Of a DNA stretch of 64,000 nucleotides, positions 1 through 9,544 are shown piece after piece. The DNA is from Candidatus Kaelpia aquatica (GTDB lineage Bacteria; Omnitrophota; Gorgyraeia; Kaelpiales; Kaelpiaceae). Position numbers and translations under genes: made by a program. Under the pieces are notes generated by a model that worked only from the letters and a program-made list of their open reading frames with translations, was not told the origin of the DNA and did not search any database. The DNA lies in the NCBI GenBank assembly GCA_030765335.1, contig JAVCCU010000001.1, positions 456 through 64,455 on the forward strand. Reading direction: 5' to 3'. Each line of letters starts with the position of its first letter. Position 1 is the first letter of the stretch.

Positions 1-906
1 CATGTTGCTACCAGCAAGTGCATCATAGCTGCTTTCTACCTCTACCTGACTATCTGTATTACTTGCTACAACAATGGACGAGCTATTGTCTTTCTCTTCA
101 TAATAATCTATAACACCTTTAATAACAGCTAAAGTTTCCTGGGCTGTAAGATCAGCACCAGCAGCTGCTGTAGTTACATTTATAACAATACCTCTCTCCT
201 CTAATATAGATATCTCCCCTATTAACCCTGCTTTTAACCCCATTAATATAGTTCTATTTATTGCAGAATCATCATAGCAGTCTTCCATTCTATCCTCCAT
301 TCTACGCAATATAGCAATCCGCTCCTTTTCATCAGCCACGGCAAACAACTCTAGGTCTTCATTGGTTGCTGTAATGATATCCTCTTCACTTGTATCTTCT
401 AAGCTCGATTCAGCAACTTTAAAATCCTCAAAACTGTTTAGAAGCTGATCCTGTAAATCTATAGCTTTATTTCTTAATCTTTTCAATGTATCACCTATAT
501 CAGAGTAAATTTTATTCAACATATCTACATTATAATTTTGTTCATTCATCTTTTCTAAAGAACTTAATAATCGATTATATTGATCCTTACTTACTGTTGC
601 CCTAAATCCCTCTGGATTAGCTAATATAGTATCTATACCACCTATAGCGTTATTAATAATCTCTGGAGTTATGCTACCATCAACTATAGAACCTAGATCA
701 ATAATACAGGAATTAACAACTGCTATGTCTAAAGGAACGATTTCTTGTAACGGCAATTGTAGCATAGTGTTAGGTGCTCCTGTTCCTATTGAAGATGTAT
801 CAAAAGATTGCTCTATATCTAAGCCATGGTTACCAGAAATAAACGCAGATGCTTGCGCTCTTAAAGGTAGTGAAACCAAAAGAGCTAAAATTATTAAATT
901 TGTCAT
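1..906 (-). CDS. Exported hypothetical protein, C-terminus runs off the window
   Basis: Open frame without stops from 906 down to 1; ATG at 906-904; N-terminus MTNLIILALLVSLPLRAQA is signal-peptide-like; acidic protein; not in the ORF track because no stop lies inside the window. Confidence 0.5.
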   Translation of the reverse strand, partial: MTNLIILALLVSLPLRAQASAFISGNHGLDIEQSFDTSSIGTGAPNTMLQLPLQEIVPLDIAVVNSCIIDLGSIVDGSITPEIINNAIGGIDTILANPEGFRATVSKDQYNRLLSSLEKMNEQNYNVDMLNKIYSDIGDTLKRLRNKAIDLQDQLLNSFEDFKVAESSLEDTSEEDIITATNEDLELFAVADEKERIAILRRMEDRMEDCYDDSAINRTILMGLKAGLIGEISILEERGIVINVTTAAAGADLTAQETLAVIKGVIDYYEEKDNSSSIVVASNTDSQVEVESSYDALAGSNM

Positions 907-1111
907 TCTCTTCATTTCTCTATTTTCTATTTCTACTAGTATTTATACCATATATTTTAGCTATTGCCAAATCTGTCAACAATTTTTTTTATTTTTTCTT
1001 AAAAAGTCATATCTGCAACTTTTCTACTTTTTTTCTTAAAAATATTATATAAAAGTAAAAAATAATTCCTTAGAAATAAAAGTAACATATGGAATAATAA
1101 AGAAAATACTA

Positions 1112-2569
1112 CTAATTACTTACTAAAACTAGATTTTGATGGTTGTTCTCTATAAAATAGGCAAGCTGTTGGCGGTAAATCTCATCTTCATTTGAATCAT
1201 ACCTTAAAACCCAATATTCCATCTCAAATCCTTCCAAGCCGTCTTTAAAGGTAAAAACTTTCTTTTCCTTTCCTATCTCCCCATTCGAGAGAATAATATT
1301 TCTTGTAAGAACCGCGCTCTCTATTCCCCACTCATAGCCTGCCTCTAAATCACCGAAGTCTTCAAATAAGACTAGGTTGATATATCTTGCCGTATAGGCA
1401 TTACCGACATCAAAAAGAAACTCTTCTTTTGAACTATCTAAATCACGTATTCTTTTAACAGATGCAAACTCTGCCTCAACCCCGAAATAATTAACACCAT
1501 CTTCATAATAAAACAATTCTCTCCATAAAAGGCTCTCTAGCTCTTGGAGCTGATCTAGTATATTTAGTTGCAACTTACATAACTCTATTAAGCTAGAGTA
1601 ACTCTGGAATAATGCCTGACCATAAGCATGCCAACTATAAGGCAGATCAAAAAGATGCCCTATGCCTTTTAAATCAGAGGATAATTCACCTTCTGTATTA
1701 TTAACAACTGGAATAGAATTACCTAATTCATACTCAAAAAGTTTACGTGAATCTATGAATAAAGAATCATTAAAATCAAAAGGAACATCATCAAGAGGGT
1801 CATCGTCATTAAACCACCTCTCTGTTACATATCCTTTACTCAGGTAAAAAATAACAGACAACTCTTTTGTTTTTTTAGGCCCCATTTCGCCCGGATAATA
1901 TAATTTTCTATTTAACTCTATAGAAGAGAGTCCTGTTGAATCAAAAACCAGAGTAAATTCTCTTAAATCATCCGAAAATCTGCCTAGCTCTACCTTGATC
2001 ACTCCTTCTAAAGTATCGTAATCTGTAAAGGTTTGCGTATCTCTCATTATCTTAACCGGAAATAATGCCTCTCTCTCTGAAAAATCCTCTTCATAGGGAG
2101 GAAAATAGTACTCTCTCTCAGGTGTAAAGTAGAAGAATATCTCTCTTAGCATATCTTCAAAATGGCCCCCTTCTTCTAAGTCCATCTGGGTAAGGGATAT
2201 TTGAATTAAGTCTTCAAACAACCTTCTGCATGTTACTTCGTCTATCTCAACCCACTCATCATAGGGTAGGCCTTCTACATATTCTAATATATCAAGTGGT
2301 TCTAGCTCTTCTTCCCAACTCCAGGTAATAGCATTATCTGCTAAATCAGATGCAACATCTGTGGTACCTGACAAACTAACTGAGATCATAGTTCCAGAAT
2401 CATCTTCTGTTCTAACTCTATTTTGAGGTAAATCTAAATTTGGCAGGGATGCAACAATAAATGGTGCATCTACAGCAAATATACTACTACTAAATAATAA
2501 AACCCCCGCAAGAACCAAAGACAAAACTCTCATTACGCCTCCTAAATCTCCTCTATACATATATCTCAT
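1112..2569 (-). CDS. Exported acidic hypothetical protein (485 aa ORF; likely real start at internal MRVLSLVLAGVLLFSSSIFA signal peptide)
   Basis: Long ORF, hydrophobic N-terminal signal segment, D/E-rich composition; no family recognised. Confidence 0.55.
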   Translation of the reverse strand: MRYMYRGDLGGVMRVLSLVLAGVLLFSSSIFAVDAPFIVASLPNLDLPQNRVRTEDDSGTMISVSLSGTTDVASDLADNAITWSWEEELEPLDILEYVEGLPYDEWVEIDEVTCRRLFEDLIQISLTQMDLEEGGHFEDMLREIFFYFTPEREYYFPPYEEDFSEREALFPVKIMRDTQTFTDYDTLEGVIKVELGRFSDDLREFTLVFDSTGLSSIELNRKLYYPGEMGPKKTKELSVIFYLSKGYVTERWFNDDDPLDDVPFDFNDSLFIDSRKLFEYELGNSIPVVNNTEGELSSDLKGIGHLFDLPYSWHAYGQALFQSYSSLIELCKLQLNILDQLQELESLLWRELFYYEDGVNYFGVEAEFASVKRIRDLDSSKEEFLFDVGNAYTARYINLVLFEDFGDLEAGYEWGIESAVLTRNIILSNGEIGKEKKVFTFKDGLEGFEMEYWVLRYDSNEDEIYRQQLAYFIENNHQNLVLVSN

Positions 2570-2647
2570 ATATAAGCTGGTCTGTCAAATATTTTTACAT
2601 ACTTTATAAAGTCGCCCCCATGATATTAACCTCTTGATTTTAATAGC

Positions 2648-3310
2648 TTAACGAAAGAGTCTTTTAAATAAAAGAAATATGGGCAAGATCAATATCCCAA
2701 CAACAAACCCGCCGATATGGGCAAACCAGGCAACACCTGAGATATTAGACTCAGCAGCTAATGATGAGAACCCATAGAAAAACTGAAATATAAACCAGAG
2801 CCCTATAAATACATAGGCCGGCATCTTTACTACCTGCCAGAATATAAAAATAGGTATCAGGGTAACAATACGTGTTGCAGGATAGAGAATAAGATAGGCT
2901 GCTAAGATACCTGATATCGCACCTGATGCCCCTATTGTAGGCATAGCGGACGTGGGGTGAATCGCTGCATGAATAAGCCCTGCACCTACTCCTGATATTA
3001 TATAGAAATAGGTAAAGCCCATATGGCCTAAGAGGTCCTCTATTTTATTACCAAAGACCCAGAGATATAACATGTTAGACAGAAAGTGAATCCAACCAGC
3101 ATGAAGAAACATATAGGTAAAGAGGGTGAGGTAAAACTTAGGATCTTGAGAAAAGAATATCTTTACTGGAATAAGAGAGAGTGTATCTCTTAAATAAATA
3201 TAGCTTGAATGTTGGCGCTGGCATAAAAATACAACCCCGTTAAGCACAATAAGTATTATCGTTATAAGGGGAAAATTGCGGGTTGGAATCTCATCTCTTA
3301 GCGGAATCAT
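2648..3310 (-). CDS. Rhomboid-family intramembrane serine protease
   Basis: Multiple TM segments; GASGAISG (GxSG catalytic Ser) and downstream AHIGGF (catalytic His) motifs. Confidence 0.8.
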   Translation of the reverse strand: MIPLRDEIPTRNFPLITIILIVLNGVVFLCQRQHSSYIYLRDTLSLIPVKIFFSQDPKFYLTLFTYMFLHAGWIHFLSNMLYLWVFGNKIEDLLGHMGFTYFYIISGVGAGLIHAAIHPTSAMPTIGASGAISGILAAYLILYPATRIVTLIPIFIFWQVVKMPAYVFIGLWFIFQFFYGFSSLAAESNISGVAWFAHIGGFVVGILILPIFLLFKRLFR

Positions 3311-3352
3311 GGATTTAGTATATCATCTAATAGCACTTTGAGAAACCAGAGT

Positions 3353-3799
3353 TTATCTATCTTGACTATCAAGTAATATCGTAACAGGACCGTAATTAAC
3401 CAGTTCTATATTCATATCAGCCCCAAAGACCCCTATCTTCACTTCTACTCCTTGGGACCTTAGGCAATTATTAAATTTAATGAACAGCTCTTCTGCTTTC
3501 TCCGGCTTAAGAGCTTTATCAAAAGAAGGCCTACGGCCTTTCTTGCAATCTGCATATAGAGTAAACTGAGATACTAAGAGTACTTCACCTTTAATATCCA
3601 GTAAAGATTTGTTAAGCTTGGCTTCACTATCTTCAAATATTCTTAAGTTAGCAATCTTTGCTGCCAGCCAATCAATATCACTATCAGTATCCCCTTCACC
3701 TATTCCGAGTAAGACAAATAAGCCTTTACCTATCTCTGATATAATCTTATCTTTTACCAATAGCTTCCCATATTTAACTCTCTGTAAGACTACTCTCAT
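3353..3799 (-). CDS. dtd: D-aminoacyl-tRNA deacylase
   Basis: 148 aa; MRVVLQRV N-terminus; SQFTL and NxGPVT motifs typical of Dtd. Confidence 0.9.
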   Translation of the reverse strand: MRVVLQRVKYGKLLVKDKIISEIGKGLFVLLGIGEGDTDSDIDWLAAKIANLRIFEDSEAKLNKSLLDIKGEVLLVSQFTLYADCKKGRRPSFDKALKPEKAEELFIKFNNCLRSQGVEVKIGVFGADMNIELVNYGPVTILLDSQDR

Positions 3800-5289
3800 C
3801 TATTCTCCTTCTTTAACTCTTCTATCCGCCTTGAGAAAAAACCACCTGTATAGGCATCAAGGGCTGCGGTTAACTCCTCAATATACATCTCCTTCTTTAT
3901 TCTATCAATATTCTCCTGCGGAGGGTTGTTTATTAAATCGATCTTTGCGCTCTTTCTTTCAAAGTACAACCTGTTTACTTCGTTTAAAATATCCAGCCTT
4001 AACTGGGTATTCAAGCGCGAGCGGGTATCGATATCGTCTTGATAATGGTTCCAGATTAAATCTTCTAAATCCCAGGTTAAATCAACACTCCAGTCTCTAG
4101 GGCCAACGTGGGACTGCCCTCCACTGCTATAGGTACCATATATTGTTTTATCATATCCAAGACCAAGTTGAGGCATAAGCGCACGGTATTTTAAAGACTT
4201 TCTCCAGGCTTTTATCTTCTCAGGATTAACATCATTATAATCTAAGGATGCCTGCTGGATCTCTAGAGCACTGGGTTCAAAAGAGAAAAGACTCTTATAA
4301 CCTCGCTCTAGGAACTCCCGGCCATCCTCTCCCTCTTCAAATAATCCTAAAGAAGTCGCAAGGTAGAGCTTGCCCTTCCTATCCATTGTGAGCATGTTAA
4401 TGCTCTCTGTAGGCAACCCCTCATAAACCTTGATAGCCTTCTTTCTTCCCAAATAAACTTTAAAGAATCCCTTATCAGTTCCAAGATAGATAAGGTCTCC
4501 TGAGCTATCATCCTGAAGTATAGAATTAATCGCTATACTGCCCAAGCCTTGAATGTAGGCTTTTTGAAAACTAGAGCCATAATCGCTGGATATAAATAGA
4601 CCTGCAGCTGTACCAAGGTAGATAACGCTAGAATCTTTACTGCTAACAGCTACAACTCTTGGAACATAGGATAGGCCTTCTTCTACCTCTTCCACTTCTT
4701 CTATCTCTATACTCTTATCCCTTCCTGGAATTGTAAAAGTCCTCTGGAACCTGCGAAAATCCTCGCTTCTATAAATACCTAGATCTGTTGCTAGATAGAG
4801 GTAGGGCTTCATATAGTCTATCCAGTAAATCTCTATATTACGAGGAAGGGCAGCAGCTTTTTGAAAGTCAGAGATACCATCTTCACCCAGATATAGCCCC
4901 GAAGATGTTCCCAGCAAGAGCTTATTGCCCTTTCTCTTAAAAGAGAGGCATCTTATATCTTTGCCCTGACCGCGAAAAAGATAATCAAACCTCCCTGAGT
5001 CTCTTGTTGATAGCAGTCCTAAGTCAGTCACAACATATAAAAGCTTATGATCTAAGGGGTCTGGATAGACAAAGTTTATTTCACCTTCCTGAGTTTTATA
5101 GATAAATTTCCACTCTCTGTTCTCCAGCTTGTATAGAGAGTCTTTTGAAGCAAGATATAAGATATTATTATCTAGAGGATGGGCTATAACAAGCTTGCAG
5201 TCTACTTCGGTTAAACCTTTGATTCTAGTGAACTCCGCCCAAGAGGTGAAAGAAAAAACCAAAACGAGAACTGATAATAAGTATCTCAT
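3796..5289 (-). CDS. Exported protein with two-component-regulator-propeller-like (LYLGTxxGL) repeats
   Basis: Signal peptide; recurring LYLATDLGIY / IYLGTAAGLF / LYLATSLGLF / LYVVTDLGLL repeats; ATGA stop/start overlap with dtd at 3796-3799. Confidence 0.6.
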   Translation of the reverse strand: MRYLLSVLVLVFSFTSWAEFTRIKGLTEVDCKLVIAHPLDNNILYLASKDSLYKLENREWKFIYKTQEGEINFVYPDPLDHKLLYVVTDLGLLSTRDSGRFDYLFRGQGKDIRCLSFKRKGNKLLLGTSSGLYLGEDGISDFQKAAALPRNIEIYWIDYMKPYLYLATDLGIYRSEDFRRFQRTFTIPGRDKSIEIEEVEEVEEGLSYVPRVVAVSSKDSSVIYLGTAAGLFISSDYGSSFQKAYIQGLGSIAINSILQDDSSGDLIYLGTDKGFFKVYLGRKKAIKVYEGLPTESINMLTMDRKGKLYLATSLGLFEEGEDGREFLERGYKSLFSFEPSALEIQQASLDYNDVNPEKIKAWRKSLKYRALMPQLGLGYDKTIYGTYSSGGQSHVGPRDWSVDLTWDLEDLIWNHYQDDIDTRSRLNTQLRLDILNEVNRLYFERKSAKIDLINNPPQENIDRIKKEMYIEELTAALDAYTGGFFSRRIEELKKENR

Positions 5290-5306
5290 TTAAACCTCCT
5301 TTATCT

Positions 5307-6059
5307 TTAAGTTTTTCTCTTAAGTTCCTTATATTTAATTAAGCTTAAAAACTGATAAAGGGATGCAAAATAGGCCAACACAAAACCATAGAAACCATCT
5401 TTAAAACCCTGCTTCCTAAAATAACTCCTCAAAAATCTATCGATACTTCTTCTTAAGAATCTGGAGCTCTTTATCTCTTTACCTTGGTCAACCCACTTCT
5501 GAACCTCAAGGGTTGTCTGATTGTTTAACTTGTTTATAAAATCTGTAATATCGCGGTAAGAGTAATGTATGATATCTGATTTTAAGGGAGCCGTATCACC
5601 ATCTACAAAGGCTATTGGATGGACATGCGACTCTTCCCATTTGAATCTATCTTTGAAGAACATCTTAAGTTGGGGTGAAGGATACCAGCCGCCGTATTTA
5701 ACCCAATAGCTGCCGATATAATTACGCCTCGGTATTGAACATGCTACAGCCTGAGGTGAAGACTTCAAGAACTCTTCTATCTCTTGTTTTAATTCCTCTG
5801 TAACTCTCTCATCAGCATCAAGGCTTAAGACCCATTCATTTTTGGCTTGCTGGTAGGCCCAATTTCTATGCCTGCCCTCGATATCCATCTTACGAACCAA
5901 GATCTTATCTGTATATTCTGAGGCCATATCTCTTGTTCTATCGCTGCTGTTATCATCAACAATGACAATCTCATCTGCCCAGCCTCTAACAGATTCGATA
6001 CATTCTTTGATATTTTTCTCTTCATTCTTTGTAATAATTACTACAGATAAAGCAATCAT
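5307..6059 (-). CDS. Family 2 glycosyltransferase
   Basis: N-terminal LSVVIITKNEE...IVIVDDNSSD GT-A fold signature (DxD). Confidence 0.8.
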   Translation of the reverse strand: MIALSVVIITKNEEKNIKECIESVRGWADEIVIVDDNSSDRTRDMASEYTDKILVRKMDIEGRHRNWAYQQAKNEWVLSLDADERVTEELKQEIEEFLKSSPQAVACSIPRRNYIGSYWVKYGGWYPSPQLKMFFKDRFKWEESHVHPIAFVDGDTAPLKSDIIHYSYRDITDFINKLNNQTTLEVQKWVDQGKEIKSSRFLRRSIDRFLRSYFRKQGFKDGFYGFVLAYFASLYQFLSLIKYKELKRKT

Positions 6060-6279
6060 AGTATCTCCTTATTGTTTAATTAGATAAAATCATATCTTTA
6101 AATATACGCTTTGTCAAAAAACTTATCACCCTTTGGTTAAATTTAAAAAAGCCTCTTGGATCTAAACCCATGGTTCAAGCTCTCACCGTGAAGCAATACT
6201 ACAAAGAGAGTCGGAGGAAAGAATATAGTATATTTTTAAATCTAGGCTTGGTTCGAGATCTTATCCCTGCAGTTTAAGT

Positions 6280-8826
6280 CTATTCTTTTACTAAATTAAT
6301 CTCTGCAAGCTCAAATCCATCTTTACACCCTTGATCATAGTAAGGCATAAAGAATAAATTATACTTACATTTAGGCGTGTTGTCGTTCTTATCAAAATCG
6401 TTAACCGCTATCGAGAAGCCTATTTTTAACCCTGGCTCAGGCTCAATACCTAAAATTTCAAAAGGTATTGCAATCTCAAGAATATATCCCGACTCTATAA
6501 TCTTAGACTCCAGTCTTATCTCTTCAAATATTTTGTCCTGGAACCAGGCATAATGCAAAGGTCTTTTTCTGTCACTAGAGGGTGCAAAGCCAAGCTGAAA
6601 CTGTTTTTCATTGCCCCAGCGAAGATTCTTATTCTCGGGAGCAATATATATCTCTATGCTATCCTGCTTATAGATTTTATCTGGAATATCCTCTGCAACA
6701 ACCTCATTATCTGTTACTTCAACCCAGAAATATAGAGACTCTTCATCCCAGCCCAGGCTAAACTTGGCATCCAGATCATCAGGGGATAGCGTGACAGCTC
6801 CGTGCTCTATTGTTTCGCTAGCTTTTAAAGTGTAATCATAATCTCCAGCCTTAAAAACCCGCTTATAGTCAGCATTAATGAGGGGCTTTTCGTCTGGCTC
6901 AAGCTCCATAGTCCCGGATTTAAACCCGACTCTATCCATGGCTTTATTGATATATTTATTAGACATAAAATAATCCCAAACAGATCCTGTCAGATAGTTT
7001 TCAATCATGAGCAGCATCGCGCCTTGGTCTATCCCAATAACAATCTCTGAATACCAATCTTTGTCCCGGTTCAAACTATCGGAAAAACCATATCTACCCC
7101 AAACATAATCTTTGTAATGACTATACATCCAACGCAATGCAGCTATTGTCTCCCTAGGAGCAAAAGGAATCGAACCTCCTAGAGCCGTAAAAGCAACGGT
7201 CCCATCATAATAAGCATAGCCCGGAGGAGCACCATAAGCATCGTAGCCGGCCGGAGATTCACAAGCAGTAAGCCCCCAAGAGTTTTCGTTAAAAGTCATG
7301 GAGTTAAATTTATTGTTAATGCAGAACTCCCTGTTGGCTAAAGTTGCATTGACAGATGATTGGAAATAATCAGCATAGTCATCATGTTTATTCCGAAAAT
7401 CAACCCAAATATGTGAATATTGATGAGTAAACAGAGGTGGTGAAACTAAGCAGGTATAACCCTCATAACTCCAAATAGGTCTTCTTATTTCATCCCATAC
7501 CTCAGGAGAGATAGGATAAGTAGGAGACCCGATTGCAAAAAGGTACATCAGCATCTGCTCGCCGTACCTATTCCATCTATCCGGCAAAAATCCTGTCTCA
7601 GGCATCCAGCCCATACATAGAGTATCACCTTCAGCTAGCATCCAATCCCACTCTACTCTCTCATAAAGTTCTTCCGCCAGCTCTCTGACTTTAGAGCCGA
7701 AGTATTCACCGGCAGCAAGAGCCCCGGCTAAAAAAAGAGCAGTATCAATGGAGGAGAGCTCACAATTCCAGACTCTCTTGCCATTATCCATACCTACAAA
7801 GTGATAAAAAAATCCATGAACATTTTCCAATTTATCTCTAAAATAAAAGAGCGTATTTAAAGTCCTCTCTAAAGCCTCCTCTTTGCTGATCCACCCTTTT
7901 TCAACTGCAATAGGATATGAGCTTAAGGCAAAGCCAACTGCAGCAATAGAGGCTACCTGAAAATTATCATCTTTAAAGTTATTTGCCTTGTCTTTAATAA
8001 GACCTGTATCTGGATTGGCTTCGTTCCAAAAATAACCAAACGCTTTTCTCTGAATTAATTCCAGAAACTGCTGATCTGACAAACATGACATATCCGGTTT
8101 CGGAATCCTTTCCCGAGCAGTAGGAAATAGAACGGAACAAGAGTCGCTTAAAGTCTCAGCTGCTGTAAAGTAGATATCGTCTACGTATATTGTCCCTTCT
8201 TTCTGAGTTGCTTTCCAATCTTCAAAAACTATAACAAGCTTTCTCATGCTGCCCCACTCTAAGGCGCCTACAAATCGATCTAGGTCTACCGTATACTCTC
8301 TCCATTCATCGCTAAGTCCTGTTATGTAATAAGCACCTTTCTTGCCTTGAGAGTCTTGGACCTCCAATTTAAAATCTTTCGTATACCCTTTATCTCTATC
8401 TCCTTTGGCCCAAATTACTATCTGCTTATACTGACTTAAATCGACAGCTCCAAGATCAAACCAGACACCATTAAAAGCTGAGGATGGAGAGTCAACATCG
8501 TAATCTATTCTCAAAGAATATCCGCTATCACCTACATGGGTTAGGGATGAGAAAGAGTCATAACAACTCTGAGAGTAATCGTTAGGGGCTTTATCCCAAG
8601 CACCGAAATCACCTAGGCTAGACTTGTTCTCTTTTTCGTTAAAATGGCTTAAGAGAAATATTCCCGGAACTTCTGCTTGGGCTATCGGCTTTAGGTCTTC
8701 CTGGAATTCCTGGCGGGATTGTTCGCGCTTCTCTCTAATATTTTTAACTTTTAAATATCTATTTGTAGAAAATATAACTATTAAAATCACAAAAACCAAG
8801 GCTGCTATTAAAGAAATTTTCCTCAT
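6280..8826 (-). CDS. Membrane-anchored multidomain protein: N-terminal CBM-like module, (alpha/alpha)6 glycoside-hydrolase-like core (DUF3131/GH144-like), C-terminal CBM9-like domain
   Basis: N-terminal TM. Residues ~60-235 are paralogous to ORFs 8900..9475 and 25773..26345. Central region carries glucoamylase-like motifs (SIDTALFLAGAL, MYLFAIGSPT, WGLTACESP). C-terminus has CBM9-like motif SLGWDEESLYFWVEVTDNEV. Confidence 0.7.
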   Translation of the reverse strand: MRKISLIAALVFVILIVIFSTNRYLKVKNIREKREQSRQEFQEDLKPIAQAEVPGIFLLSHFNEKENKSSLGDFGAWDKAPNDYSQSCYDSFSSLTHVGDSGYSLRIDYDVDSPSSAFNGVWFDLGAVDLSQYKQIVIWAKGDRDKGYTKDFKLEVQDSQGKKGAYYITGLSDEWREYTVDLDRFVGALEWGSMRKLVIVFEDWKATQKEGTIYVDDIYFTAAETLSDSCSVLFPTARERIPKPDMSCLSDQQFLELIQRKAFGYFWNEANPDTGLIKDKANNFKDDNFQVASIAAVGFALSSYPIAVEKGWISKEEALERTLNTLFYFRDKLENVHGFFYHFVGMDNGKRVWNCELSSIDTALFLAGALAAGEYFGSKVRELAEELYERVEWDWMLAEGDTLCMGWMPETGFLPDRWNRYGEQMLMYLFAIGSPTYPISPEVWDEIRRPIWSYEGYTCLVSPPLFTHQYSHIWVDFRNKHDDYADYFQSSVNATLANREFCINNKFNSMTFNENSWGLTACESPAGYDAYGAPPGYAYYDGTVAFTALGGSIPFAPRETIAALRWMYSHYKDYVWGRYGFSDSLNRDKDWYSEIVIGIDQGAMLLMIENYLTGSVWDYFMSNKYINKAMDRVGFKSGTMELEPDEKPLINADYKRVFKAGDYDYTLKASETIEHGAVTLSPDDLDAKFSLGWDEESLYFWVEVTDNEVVAEDIPDKIYKQDSIEIYIAPENKNLRWGNEKQFQLGFAPSSDRKRPLHYAWFQDKIFEEIRLESKIIESGYILEIAIPFEILGIEPEPGLKIGFSIAVNDFDKNDNTPKCKYNLFFMPYYDQGCKDGFELAEINLVKE

Positions 8827-8851
8827 CTATAAAACTTTCTGTTTATGCAAA

Positions 8852-8874
8852 GGCGGAGTATGTTCTACTCCGCC
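8852..8874 (-). terminator. Putative hairpin terminator after the 191-aa CBM-like gene
   Basis: Perfect 9-bp inverted repeat GGCGGAGTA-n5-TACTCCGCC in the 73-bp gap between genes; weak T-tract. Confidence 0.3.
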
Positions 8875-8899
8875 TTGATAGATTAATTACAATTTTTTG

Positions 8900-9475
8900 T
8901 TATTCAAACATGACATCATCAAAATAGACAGTTCCCTCTTTTACTTCACATCTCCAATCTTCAAAGACTACAACAAATTCGTCCAGATTAGTGAAGTCGG
9001 ATATCCCTGCTACTCTTGCAAGAGGAACTTCTATCTTCTGCCATTGATCTGTAATACCTGTAACATAATACTTTCCTATCTCACCCTTGTTGTTTTTCAT
9101 CTCAACCTTGAAGAGAGGAGAGAACCCTCTGTCTTTGTCACCCTTTACCCAGATAACAAAGTTTGTATATCCAGATACATCAGAACCGTTCAGCTTCATC
9201 CAAAAACCATTGTAGGCTGGGTTTGGAGAGTCAACATCATAATCCAACCTCAAACAGAAACCTTTTCCATCTCTGGTGTCGCTAGTACTAAAACTCTCTA
9301 TGGCTGTCTGAGAGAAATCCATTGGATCTCTATCCCAAGCACCAAAATCTCCACCGATATTGCTTGGTTTTACACCCGAATCAAAATCGGAAACCAGAAG
9401 ATCTTCTTGTGCAAAAGATACTGCCGTAGCTACAAAGAGAGCCACCAAAATAAGATAGCTAACTTTTTTCATCAT
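8900..9475 (-). CDS. Exported CBM-like (CIA30/CBM11-like jelly-roll, inferred) domain protein
   Basis: Signal peptide; ~55% identity to the N-terminal module of ORF 6280..8826 (DFGAWD, DYDVDSP, VIWxKGDxDxG, VFEDW, KEGTxYxDD motifs). The opposite-strand ORF 8897..9556 is low complexity and judged spurious. Confidence 0.7.
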   Translation of the reverse strand: MMKKVSYLILVALFVATAVSFAQEDLLVSDFDSGVKPSNIGGDFGAWDRDPMDFSQTAIESFSTSDTRDGKGFCLRLDYDVDSPNPAYNGFWMKLNGSDVSGYTNFVIWVKGDKDRGFSPLFKVEMKNNKGEIGKYYVTGITDQWQKIEVPLARVAGISDFTNLDEFVVVFEDWRCEVKEGTVYFDDVMFE

Positions 9476-9544
9476 CCCACCTCCTTTTTATTTTTGAATC
9501 TTTTTATTTATGCCACATGGGCCATCTTTTGTCAAGTTTTTAAC

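Noticed and set aside
671-1039. Plus-strand 122-aa ORF (and the 849..1052 ORF) from the track
   Set aside because: Low-complexity F/L/S-rich translation. It overlaps the 5' end of the well-supported minus-strand exported-protein ORF (1..906) and an AT-rich promoter region, so it is judged spurious.
3609-4100. Plus-strand 163-aa ORF (and similar antisense ORFs inside RND, gyrA, gyrB and dnaA genes)
   Set aside because: Antisense to strongly supported genes and S/L-rich; typical shadow ORFs.
6060-6279. Small ncRNA in the 220-bp gap between the GH-like gene and the GT2 gene
   Set aside because: Only loose inverted repeats (GGATCTAAACC / GGTTCGAGATC). No recognisable SRP, 6S or riboswitch core, and no terminator-like T-tract. 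It is more likely promoter or terminator spacer.
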